A stretch of DNA of 63,753 nucleotides, filler included, from Octopus bimaculoides (GCF_001194135.2; 5 parts of 5 records of this genome joined end to end with filler, not necessarily neighbours in it); one strand, 5' to 3'; positions 41,611-53,690 are shown, counted from the first letter of the whole stretch. A program made the numbers and translations. Notes: a model not told the origin generated them from the letters alone.

Positions 41611-41635
41611 TCTATTTCGATCTATCGCTAGAGCC

Positions 41636-41672
<37 letters not shown>

Positions 41673-42023
41673 CGACGGGCTTCCATACAGTTTCCGTCTA
41701 CCAAATTCACTCACAAGACATTAGTCGCTCCGGGACCATTGTAGAAGACACTTGCCCAAGGTGCCGCGCAGTGAGACTGAACCCTAAACTACATGATTGC
41801 GAAGCGAGCTTCTTAACCACACAGCCACGCCTGCGCCTCTATTCAGAAACCAAACTTATTTTAGAAATATATAAAAATGCAAACATTTTTGAAGTGTAAA
41901 TCGTTCGTTCAATTATGACATATTAAAATAAATTAATCAAAGTTAATATAATTAATTAAAAACAACTGTAGTAGTTCATTTTCAAAACGTAAAAGTAATA
42001 AAATTGTATTGTTTCGTTTTCAG

Positions 42024-42047
42024 AAAAAGAGGAGAGAGCAAGAGTAA
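42024..42047 (+). CDS. Probable terminal coding exon of the membrane protein (KKRREQE*)
   Basis: Acceptor ttgtttcgttttcag|, phase 0, stop TAA at 42045-42047. AATAAA signals occur downstream (about 42687, 42990). Confidence 0.5.
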   Translation, partial: KKRREQE

Positions 42048-42477
42048 AATAGAAAAGAAGTATGATTCATATCTAGTTAAGTGAAGGTTTGTGGACTAGA
42101 GGTTAGGGTGTTTGACTCATGATTAGTAAGTCGTATGTTCGAATCCTGGATTGGGCGATGCATTGTGTCTTTGATCCACGCGATTTATTTCGTGTTCTTC
42201 TATTCTAGTAAGCTTGAAAGAAGCACGTACGGAGTGTTAATGTAGACCCCCACCTCTCTCTCTCTCTCTCTCCAGTTGTCGTAAACTCGATGGCCCGCTA
42301 ACTGAACGATGAGATAGCCAATAGGTGTCTGTCTGCTCACGGTTACATAGATATCTAAAACAATTAGCGATAGCTTGGTGCATACAGCTATGCCATACTC
42401 ACCTATTTTATTTCAATTTAAACTCTCTTCTTTATATCACTCATTATTTTCTTCCCGCCCAACGCACCCTCTATCTC

Positions 42478-42508
<31 letters not shown>

Positions 42509-42531
42509 CACACACATATACACAGACACAC

Positions 42532-42631
<100 letters not shown>

Positions 42632-43196
42632 ACCTGAAAATGATACAATTTTATTTTACCTTTGCCTTATTCTTTCACCTTCAGAAAATAAAGCAATGAA
42701 ATTTCAACGTAGTCTCCTTTTTACTTGACTGAACTACGAAAATTATAAAACAATTAAATCAATCAACTTGAAAATAAAAATGCAATATATCATTAACCCC
42801 TCCTCCTCTTCCCTTATCAACTGTTTTTCTTCTTATCCGTCTTTTTCTCTCTATTCTTTCTTTTACTATCATTTCCTTACCTTTCTATTACATCGAACCA
42901 ACAAGAAAGTCTACGAAGTCACTCAACCTGCTAGACATAGCAGTGACTAATTCTCCCCCATGTTTCAACCTACCGTCCAAGAATAGATAAATAAAGTAAA
43001 TGACCGAATAACATTTATTTTTTATCAAACATCGTCTATATTGCATGCATTATTTTCTTCGTCATTTCCCCTTACCAGTTGTTAATTAACCTAGAAAATA
43101 TTAACAATTGTATTGTAGTAGAGTTATCGTAAAATGCATACATCAAATATATATATATACATGAGTGTGTGTGTGTGTACTTTCTTTGTACATTAA

Positions 43197-43369
43197 GGCT
43201 ACCATTGGTTTCGTGTTAAAGACGCCATCAACAATTATCAAGCCTGTCATATGGAACATCAGTGTTTGTCTCTATTTTGAATCCCAAAATAGAGAGGCAC
43301 ACCAATGTTCCACATGATAGGCTTGGTAATTGTTGAGGGACATCCCTTAACGTGAAACCAATGGTAGCC
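43197..43369. mobile_element. Palindromic non-autonomous DNA element (MITE) with TTAA flanks, Kolobok-like termini
   Basis: ttaa|GGCTACCATTGGTTTC ... GAAACCAATGGTAGCC|ttaa. The two ~84-bp arms pair along their whole length around a 5-nt loop. Confidence 0.75.
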
Positions 43370-44229
43370 TTAATCCACAAATAAAGAATCTTTATCCACC
43401 AATACAGTGTTCAGCACTAATTCTCATTGTTCGATATTTCCGCGTATGTATATGCATATATATGTATAGGCGAGTTCAATTAGAGGTTATAAAAACCGTC
43501 TAAGGGATATTTATATCCAATGAATTACTGGTATATTACCTATATATGATTATAAGTATTAGTATTAACGCTCATAAATGATAGGTAAGGAAAGGAATAA
43601 ACCGAAGTTTATCTATGTAAAAACTATATAATTTTACTTTATTTATTATTATTTACATAAAAATATATATTATATAATAAAAGTATACNNNNNNNNNNNN
43701 NNNNNNNNNNNNNNNNNNNNNNNNNNNNNNNNNNNNNNNNNNNNNNNNNNNNNNNNNNNNNNNNNNNNNNNNNNNNNNNNNACTTTATTTATTATTATTT
43801 ACATAAAAATATATATTATATAATAAAAGTATACATTCATATAGATAATTAAGATAGATATATAAGGGTTCCTATTGAAGCTACATAAGCAAAGATAGAG
43901 ATATAGCCCGCCCATCAGTACATACATATATAATACAACGTATAAATAATACTTGTTAAATCTTCTTAACCACTTGAGAAATATATAATTGCCTCCTCTT
44001 AATCATTAATTATCCCTCTGTTTTCTAGTATGTATAGAGGGTTCAATCTGCATTGATATAAGAGACTTTATTATACCTTACAACAAATATTCCTTATTTA
44101 CCTATTTCCGCTCCATCGATCAATGATTTATACTTAAAATGACCATCTTTTTGTTTTTTAAATTAACTGACCAATAGTCTCCTCTTAACTGGTAAGACCA
44201 TTCCTACTTCAGAATTGGGGTAGTACAGC

Positions 44230-44251
44230 ATGTTTTCACCTAGACTACGAA
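44230..44251 (+). CDS. Possible first coding exon (MFSPRLR) for the 46281 exon
   Basis: ATG preceded by an in-frame TAG. Donor CGAA|gtaagc is phase 1, compatible with the phase-1 acceptor at 46280; the joined ORF is 105 aa. Confidence 0.3.
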
Positions 44252-45157
44252 GTAAGCATATATAAAGTTATTGATATTTTTGGTAATAATCTTGATTTAT
44301 GTTATGTAGCTGAGTCGGGCAGTAAAATTAACCTCAACTAGTATATTCTTATTTTCTCTTTTTCTCTTTCTTTTTCTTTCTTTCACCACACACATTCTTT
44401 CACCATAACTACATTTTATGTAGCTGAGTCGGGCAGTTAATTACACCAATATTTATGTTTATGTTTTGTAGAATTGTATAAGTCTTGACTGCTCTTATTA
44501 TCACGTGCGCAAAATAGAAATATTTTGCCTCCCAGTTTAATAAATTTATTTTAACAATGTTGAAATGCTCCTCATCTAATTTAATTACGCTAATCGATTA
44601 GGAAATTATCGATAGATAACTTATGGTTAACTGTTATCATATTAAATTCTTTAACACCCAGTATTTTTACTTTATGACCTAGCCAAAATACTCCAGCAGT
44701 ATTATATACTCAACTTACGCCGGTAGTAACTTTCCAATGCCACCCCCACTTCCACCCATAGATAGGCATGTACCACTAATTATTATAACTATTCTAATTG
44801 CGTAATTAAATTTTTCAGTCGGTCGAAAAGTTTTCAGGGGGATAACGTGTAACCTCAACTAGTATATTCGTATTTTCTCTTTTTCTCTTTCTTTTTCTTC
44901 TTTGTCTTTATTTTTCCGCTCTGATAAAGTTTCACTATTTAAATTGGTATGATTATTAACAGTGATAATTATTATTATTGTAATAATTAAGTCTGATTAT
45001 GCCCTAGATAGCGTGAACAGAAACAGCTGTTAGATGAGATATATTGTCTTTTTTTTTTGTAATCAATAAATAATAATTGATGTGTATCAATTATCAATTT
45101 TATCTCCATTTTCTTATTTTTTCTTATATATATATATATATTACAGACATACATACT

Positions 45158-45202
<45 letters not shown>

Positions 45203-46280
45203 GAGAATATACAAATAATAACAACAGACGAGGACAGGTGGTGTAAATAACAAAAGTATATATTAGTATGACATATATATATATATATACATATACATAT
45301 GTGTGTGTGCGTGTGCGTGTGCGTGTGCGTGTGCGTGTGCGAGTGTGTATGTATGTATGCATGCCAGTTGATATATATATATATTATCTTTTACTTGTTT
45401 CAATCATTAGAAAGGGACCATACTGGGGCACTGAATTGAAGAATTTTGGTCGTTTTTGCCGAACATCTAAGTTATGAGGACGTAAATCCACCAAACGCAG
45501 GTGGGGGAGAAACACAGACTCACATTCTCACATCTATATATACATATACGACGGGCTCCTTTCAGTTTCCATCTACCAAATCGACTCAGGAGGCTTTGGT
45601 CGGCCCGAGGCTACAGTAGAAGACATATGCCCAAGGTGCCACGCAGTGAGAATGAACCCGAAAACTTGTGGTTCTCTGGAATAATTTAAATATATAAAAG
45701 AGCATAATAAAATGTATTAATTTGAGTGGTTTTATCCGGCACTTTGTAGATAACTTAGATTTTAAGTCTATGATTGCGTGTGTGGATATGTAAGTGCGAA
45801 TATGTATATGTGTGTGTGTGCGGATGTGTGTAAGTCTGAGTCTATGTGTGGATAACCAACGTTAGTTTTTTCAGTAGAGACCCAATGACTTTTCAACTTA
45901 ACTTATTTTAAGCACATTCCAGATACTGAAAATAGTGAGCTATTTTCTATCGTCTGTTACCTGGTGTGGTTGGATTTACTAATATAATATGTGAAACAGT
46001 TATAATTGCTCGAGAGAAAACTGGTAAAACTCAACCATTCATACATATGCTCTACTCTGCAAAGATACTGAGAAAAAATAACTACAAAAATGCATGAAAG
46101 GAATAAAAGCACAGATGGTAAATTATTGTCTGCTTTTAAAGAAAATATCTTTGTAAGCCAAGAACAAACAAGAGTATAGACTCCATACCAATAAAATATC
46201 AGCTAATGGTGCAGATAAAATGTCGCCTTTGTCCTTTTTTTGTAGACAGGTGTGCAAAATGTAAATTGTATTGTTCGTAG

Positions 46281-46576
46281 GTGTCCGAAAATATCAAGAT
46301 ACTACTTACGTTAAGAACATAGAACTAAGTGCGACACTATTCGAAACGGAACATATTTGTCTTGGCCTTAACTCTGAAAATGAACTCTATACTGGAGGGG
46401 ACATTAAACTCTATCAAGCGCAGATATTCAGAAATGGTGTTGATCCACAAGACAGAGATCAAATTATGGGAATTGTTATGGAAATTGTTTGTTCAGACTT
46501 AACTAGATTTACCAAAACTTATCGAAGTTCTAATATCCAGCAGTATAGAATACCATTGACATATTATTCGAGTTGA
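46281..46576 (+). CDS. Candidate terminal exon of an uncharacterised protein
   Basis: Acceptor aaattgtattgttcgtag| lies just after an in-frame TAA (46262). About 98 codons of complex, protein-like sequence follow (VRKYQDTTYVKNIELSATLFETEHICLGLNSENELYTGGDIKLYQAQIFRNG...RIPLTYYSS*). No family recognised. Confidence 0.5.
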
Positions 46577-47553
46577 CAGCGTAACCTAAAGCAATAACAT
46601 TAGTCACTGACAAAATTAGACAATCTTATCCATTTATTTCTGGTCGAGTCTTGTAGTAGATGTTAAGGAGTTTTAGTGCGCACACGCTTTACATGATCAC
46701 TCTAAGCCAAACTGTAACATTTGCGATGCCAAGTGCAAGTAGTGATAAAGATAGAAATGAAATTTGACAAGATGTGTGTGTGTGCGTGTGTGTTGTGTGT
46801 GCGTGTATGTGTGTATTGTGTGTATATGTGCGCGCACGTATGAGCATGTACCTGTGGGCAAAATATCGAACAAATACGTTTTCACTTTCCAGGAAAAGGA
46901 ACAACTATTTACTACAAGACAAGATAAGAAAAACACGCCTCTGGACAATGACAAGTTGTATATAAAATGTCATTTACGTTAAGCAAACGTGAGTTACAGT
47001 TAGTACGTATCAATACTGCACTATAACACCAAGTCACGACACCACTGTAAATATTGATCTCTAAAGTTAATCAAATAATAAAAATAATAAAATCGCGAGT
47101 ATTCCAATTAGACGCATAAAAATCCCGCATGATGAAGCGAATATACTTTGAAATGATTAAAGCTCGTGCTGTAAATGGAATGTTGCGGTAATCACATCAG
47201 CATACATAAACAAACTAGAGTTCTATGAATCAGAAAAGGAATATTATGCACTGCTATAATGACTGTCCACCAATCTAAGGTATGATTAAACATTAATGAG
47301 AAATACAAACATACAAATGCACACACACATATACATACATACGTACATACATACATACATAAAACGCCTTACAACAGTACAGTTATTTCAATGCATGCCA
47401 TTTTATCTTTGATCAGGTTTAGTACATTGAAATAACTGTACTGTTGTTTGGAATTATTTCCTTAATTAATGTGAAATGAGCTATATTATCCATTGAGCAC
47501 TCTATTGAGTAACAGTCGCTTTGATCTTCTTTTGACTATTACGCTATATAGAT

Positions 47554-47586
<33 letters not shown>

Positions 47587-47686
47587 NNNNNNNNNNNNNN
47601 NNNNNNNNNNNNNNNNNNNNNNNNNNNNNNTTAATTAATTAANNNNNNNNNNNNNNNNNNNNNNNNNNNNNNNNNNNNNNNNNNNN
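47587..47686. other. Artificial scaffold spacer N44-TTAATTAATTAA-N44
   Basis: Same construct as 27814-27913. Confidence 0.95.
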
Positions 47687-50047
47687 GCGGAGGCGCAGGC
47701 GGCGGAGGCGCAGGCGGCGGAGGCGCAGGCGGCGGCAGCGGAACTGGTGGTGGTAGTAGTAGTAGTAGTAGCATTAGTAGTAGATCAATGTAAGTGAGGG
47801 GAAGTACGAGAAGAATGCCATTGGATATTAGTAACAATAACACGGAAATGGGTGAATGTGTGAACAAACAGATGCCTGAGTACCGGCTCTAATATAACAC
47901 AATTACTGCCAAATGGAAACTTCGTAAGTATGAATATTATTGCTTATTCTGTGAGCACTTTCGTGTTGACAGAACTCATCATGAAAGGAAATGAATTGTG
48001 TTCTCATCGCTAAGTTGAGTAGTGGGGATTGACATTCTAGGAATGTATATCTTTACATAACAGGGAGAGTAAATATGTATTTCAGCACCCCTGATTGTCA
48101 GCTATGATAAAAATTTTGATCCCCCTTCCTAATTATGAGACACTCTCGTTGCTCACAAGAAATGAATTGCCATGATAATATAACCAGATGTAAGCATCAA
48201 AAGTGCGAATACATAATGTAATCAGCGTGGATTATACACGGTCTGATTTAACACCCACACCACATATATGTATAGTAGTGCTGCAACACAGCGTAATCGA
48301 GAAGAAAAATCACATTGGTTTATACGAGGGAAGTTTTAAAACCGTTGTGCTAATCTTCAGTTTCTTTCCGATACATTGGTTAAAATAAGGCCACTAATTT
48401 GGTTAGCCATGTATCGGCCCCGAAAACGAACTACACACCACATGCAATCAATTGGAGAATCGTGGGGAAATCTACGCAATATATAAATGGATGAAAGAGA
48501 TGCAAATTATGTCTAGCTGAAAGATCTTACGTTATTTATAGATACAAACAGTCCACCACACTACTTAATTCCAGATCCTAAATGTTTAGCAAATACAAGC
48601 ACATGCGCAGGATTCCTTTGTCGAACTGGAGGACACCTTCCGCTCTGGACAGAGTAGCTATCACGCAAACATTGACCTCGTCTCTGTTATATTATTCCAC
48701 GTCAGCTACTTTAACTCATCTTGGTGTTCTTTTCTTCTCATTCAACGCTTTGCATCAAACTGCTTCGCTTCTTTTCTCCCGTTTTTCTCTTCTCTCCTGT
48801 TTTCACATAAAGGAGCGTCCTGGTTTTCAAATACCTCTAAAGGTATGTACTAAGCCTGAAAGATAGCTTGAAGTCATATGACATGTTATATAAATCCCTA
48901 AAATGTTTATATCTCCACAACCTCAAACTATTAGTAGCTAGTAAATTGTGTTTGTATATATACATACATATATATATATATATATATGAAATGAAAAAAT
49001 ATATCCTTTAGGATGCCTTCTAAGCGTTACCCACCATTCTTGTCCTTTTTGGCCCTGAGGCTATATTTTGCTCGTTTCTTATTTAGTTCGTCTTTGTCGT
49101 TCGTCCGTTGTCTTGAATTATTCAATTCACTTTCGTATGTCCACTTCTGCATCGCTTGTTATCCATGTATTGTTTGCTCTGGGACTTATAATCTCCGCAA
49201 CTTTCGCGGACACCTCCAGCATGGGAAGCATCTCAGTCTTATCATTATGGTGCGAAACTGAATGATATTATCTGGCTGATAACCGATGAAGAGTTAGGGG
49301 GCCTTCTGTATCTATCTTCCCTCCGTTTGAACACTCACTAAACGTTATATATTTTCTACCTTCGTTTGTTTATTTACAATATATTTTTTTTATTTATTAT
49401 GTAACGAAACGCAACGCGCCCCGGTTTTTATTAACAGTAATTTATACATATATGTATATGTGTGTGCGTGTGTATAAAGCTGCAAATACATCACAAGAAC
49501 TGCTGCTTTATTAATAACGCTGCAAAGACATCACAAAAACTGTTATTGTGTGTATGTATGTATATGTATTTGTGTATATACATATGTATATATATGTATG
49601 TAGGTATATATATATATATATATATATATATNNNNNNNNNNNNNNNNNNNNNNNNNNNNNNNNNNNNNNNNNNNNNNNNNNNNNNNNNNNNNNNNNNNNN
49701 NNNNNNNNNNNNNNNNNNNNNNNNNNNNNNNNNNNNNNNNNNNNNNNNNNNNNNNNNNNNNNNNNNNNNNNNNNNNNNNNNNNNNNNNNNNNNNNNNNNN
49801 NNNNNNNNNNNNNNNNNNNNNNNNNNNNNNNNNNNNNNNNNNNNNNNNNNNNNNNNNNNNNNNNNNNNNNNNNNNNNNNNNNNNNNNNNNNNNNNNNNNN
49901 NNNNNNNNNNNNNNNNNNNNNNNNNNNNNNNNNNNNNNNNNNNNNNNNNNNNNNNNNNNNNNNNNNNNNNNNNNNNNNNNNNNNNNNNNNNNNNNNNNNN
50001 NNNNNNNNNNNNNNNNNNNNNNNNNNNNNNNNNNNNNNNNNNNNNNN

Positions 50048-50762
50048 GGAAATTAATATGCATTAATCAAATTTTGAAAAACGACATCGCTTAAGTGACA
50101 GCCATTTTCGGCTTCGCACACCCGTGCGCTTTCCAAATTTTGCACAATAATACACTTAAGAGTTTCAGACCCAATTTCTTTGATTTTTTTTTTTTATATT
50201 CTTCTGTTGCACCAGGATCACCAGTTTGTTGACGTGAACAAGTCTGGGGAACGGGAAGGCCAGTTGACATTGCCGTAGCGGGAGATTATTCTCTCTCCAA
50301 AGCACTGCCCTATCAACTGCATTGTTTCTTTTGCGGTATGAGCCGTTGTCCCATCTTGCTGGAACCATGTGTGAGGTCTACGTTGAATGGCTGTTACGTT
50401 CCCCAGACTCGACTAGCCCGAATGTTTTCTTGTGAAGATATCTGAAAGGGTTTATGTCAACGAACTGGAAACCCTGGTGCAACTGAAGGCGAACATCAAT
50501 AGAGAAGTCAGAGAAGTGGGGTCTGAAACTCTTGAGGGTGTTATGATGCAAGTTTTGAAATGAGTACGGGCGTGCGAAGCCGAAAATGGCTGCCATTTAA
50601 GGGATGTCATTTTTTTATATGTGGTGTTGCAAAATATGACTTCAGCGCATTAACTTCCATTATGTCATTTATATTGTATCAACATTTCATGCATTTATTT
50701 GTAAAGTTAAGGAAGTAATTAAAAATTGAAACCCATCAGTGACATTTGGGACACACTCTATA
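50048..50762. mobile_element. Two opposed 3' halves of a Tc1/mariner-superfamily (DD41D/rosa-like) transposase
   Basis: The - strand reads WFQQDGTTAHTAKETMQLIGQCFGERIISRYGNVNWPSRSPDL and EIGSETLK...EAENGCHLSDVVF. The + strand reads RSPD...RVYVN...LKANINREVREVGSETLE...EAENGCHLRDVIF. A TIR-like end gggacacactcta|ta lies at about 50746-50762. Confidence 0.75.
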
Positions 50763-52049
50763 TATATATTTATATACATATAAAATTGTTTGCAGACAAG
50801 CAAACGAAAACTGTACATATAGTGACCCATGTCTGGTAGAGCTGGAATCGCACAAAAGGAAGTATCACTGTTCCCCCACGCCGTTTCGGGTCTTTTTCAA
50901 CACCATACTGACCAAGACCATCTTCTTCTTTAATTGAGATTAATTTTTCATACCCACCGCATATACGAATATTTTCTGCCATTACATCTACCTTACTCCC
51001 ATATATTGTATATAAATCTTAAGTTTTTTTACGATCCAAACACATTTCGATTCTTGGTTTCGATGAAGAAGTTCAAAGAGTTTGAAAATGCCCTAAGTTT
51101 CATTGTAGTACTGAAGAACACACTAATTTCTAATGCATCCTAATTCAATTAGTTTTAATTGATTAAAGATTGAGGATGAATCCTCTTAACTGTTAGGTAT
51201 TTTTTTTTTATCAGAATTAATCATTTAAGTAATTACTATTCTTACAATAACTGAAGATGAGTTTTTAATTAAAATTTCTTTGAGTGTTGCTTTAAGTATG
51301 CGTGCAAACACTTCGCTAGGTAATATATCATCACGAAGACAGATGTAAAATATACATACATACATACATACATACATACATACATACATACATACATACA
51401 TACATACATACATACATACAGGTAGGTAGACAAGCGCGCTGACGGATAGGCAGTCGCTGCAGAAATTAACTAGTGTCCCAGCACTATCACTTGGAAAGTA
51501 ACATACTCCATGGATGGTAATACGAAAACCCATAAAAAGGGGACAAACTTCACCGTAGTTATACTATACAGTTCCAGAACTAGGGAAGCATTCTTAAGAC
51601 CACATTTTCTCGCACCTTCCTGATTAATAAGTAACCATTGCTATCCTTGGAAATGGAAGCTCAGTTGAATGTTCTCATTACTATAATTTGGAAAAGAAGC
51701 GACCGAAATCAGAAAACGCTTTTGTGGTGCTTTGAAATTACATCCCTCCAGCCGCTCAAGCCTGTATATTTCGCAATTCCCCATTACCGCAGGACGTTTT
51801 TCATACGGTATTTCCATGAATTTTCTGTACACGAAATATAATGTAAAGTGAAGTGTGTACAAAATAGAGTTGCACTCACTTTTCAAATATAATATCTTTC
51901 TTCCCGATGCCCAGCTTTGGATGCGGCCACCAGAAATTGAATAACCCCAAGCTTTTATTTGAGCATATCCTTCTTCTGGACAGCTTTTCGGCCAGGAACT
52001 ATGGATCCGTCATTCCCTAGTATAATTCACTGTAATCGTTCACCATCAC

Positions 52050-53272
52050 GCGAGTGTCGCGTTGCTCTCAGGCAACTCTGCCGTCCGGGACCAATCTTGT
52101 GCAACTTTGATTCCACAAAAGCGTTCTATAGAGGATTAGTGGAGGGGAGGTGCGACGACGATCTCGGGCAGAATCTGGGCGTCGACGAGGAACACCTGNN
52201 NNNNNNNNNNNNNNNNNNNNNNNNNNNNNNNNNNNNNNNNNNNNNNNNNNNNNNNNNNNNNNNNNNNNNNNNNNNNNNNNNNNNNNNNNNNNNNNNNNNN
52301 NNNNNNNNNNNNNNNNNNNNNNNNNNNNNNNNNNNNNNNNNNNNNNNNNNNNNNNNNNNNNNNNNNNNNNNNNNNNNNNNNNNNNNNNNNNNNNNNNNNN
52401 NNNNNNNNNNNNNNNNNNNNNNNNNNNNNNNNNNNNNNNNNNNNNNNNNNNNNNNNNNNNNNNNNNNNNNNNNNNNNNNNNNNNNNNNNNNNNNNNNNNN
52501 NNNNNNNNNNNNNNNNNNNNNNNNNNNNNNNNNNNNNNNNNNNNNNNNNNNNNNNNNNNNNNNNNNNNNNNNNNNNNNNNNNNNNNNNNNNNNNNNNNNN
52601 NNNNNNNNNNNNNNNNNNNNNNNNNNNNNNNNNNNNNNNNNNNNNNNNNNNNNNNNNNNNNNNNNNNNNNNNNNNNNNNNNNNNNNNNNNNNNNNNNNNN
52701 NNNNNNNNNNNNNNNNNNNNNNNNNNNNNNNNNNNNNNNNNNNNNNNNNNNNNNNNNNNNNNNNNNNTTTTTTTTTTTTTTAATGAGAGAGAGAGAGAGA
52801 GGCGGAGTGCTGTGAAAGACCCATCACAGCTGCGGACGTACGGGATGCGATGCAGGCTGTAAAGGGAGACAAGTCGCCAGGCTTGGATGGTCTACCCTAC
52901 GAATTTTATTGTCATATGCCAGACTTGTTTGGAGGCGTCTTGGCAGCTGTCTACAGCAACTGGCAGCAATGGCCACTTCGCTCTCATGTGTCTATTCCCT
53001 GCTGAGGTTACCATGGTCTTTTCCGTAGGCTTTTCTCTCCATGGATAAACCTAATGTTACCCCATTTTACACAATTTACATTTTCTGTGATATACGATCC
53101 CCCCCCCTTTTTTTGCCCCTACCGATCCATTTTGATCGGATTTTTTTTAAATTTAAAACATTTTTTTTTTATATATTTATTTAAAAAAAAAATTTTTTTA
53201 AAGAAAAGCTCTACACTTGTATTTGTCCCCTCTGTGTGCAGCCCTGTATGGCTAATAAAAGAAAGTTATCTC
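52050..53272 (+). mobile_element. Second L1/Tx1-like copy, gapped and internally rearranged
   Basis: 52050-52198 is nearly identical to 17520-17670. 52801-52970 encodes AECCERPITAADVRDAM...KSPGLDGLPYEFY (RT N-terminus). 52975-53272 matches the 3' UTR at 18255-18540. Confidence 0.85.
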
Positions 53273-53448
53273 TACCTCCATATCAATAGCATTAATATAA
53301 ATGCAATGTCAAGCTCTCGGATAACAGACGATAAAGAATTATTTAACATAACAGACGATAGTCTCTTTCCCATATCGACAGTAATCTCAAGCCCATTCTT
53401 ACTTTCACCACTACTTTTTTATTCCTGATCTATATCCAGGTACTTGTC

Positions 53449-53690
53449 TTATATTTGATAAAGCATAGTAAGAAGATCTACGCTGCTACTGTTTGCCGAA
53501 TAGCTAAATTGCCTTCTAGAAATAAGTTCGTATTCCAACCCATATTCTTGCAATTGTTCAGAGACTAATTTTGTAATAATGGTTTGGAAATGTACCACAA
53601 GCAATGCAAAGATTGAACAGGTAGCATTTCTAGTTGACTTGTTCCGTATAGCATTCCTTAACGAATATGGCGACATTGAAATAGATCCAA
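53449..53690 (-). mobile_element. Ancient CR1/L2/Jockey-type RT remnant
   Basis: FQTIITKLVSEQLQEYGLEYELISRRQFSYSANSSSVDLLTML resembles the RT segment (..I...L..YLE...LIS.RQ.GF...S..DLL). Confidence 0.45.

Noticed and set aside
43608-43835. 53-bp direct repeat on both sides of an N gap
   Set aside because: Exact duplication flanking a gap is typical of overlapping contig ends left unmerged.
44139-44191. Signal-peptide-like exon for the 46281 ORF using the donor at 44191
   Set aside because: The ATG at 44139 is in a different frame and stops at 44175; the donor frame has TAA at 44164.
48560-49340. Complex-sequence island with several 65-95-aa ORFs and a donor-like site at 48843
   Set aside because: Two + frames are open simply because the DNA is pyrimidine-rich; no recognisable domain or consistent exon chain.
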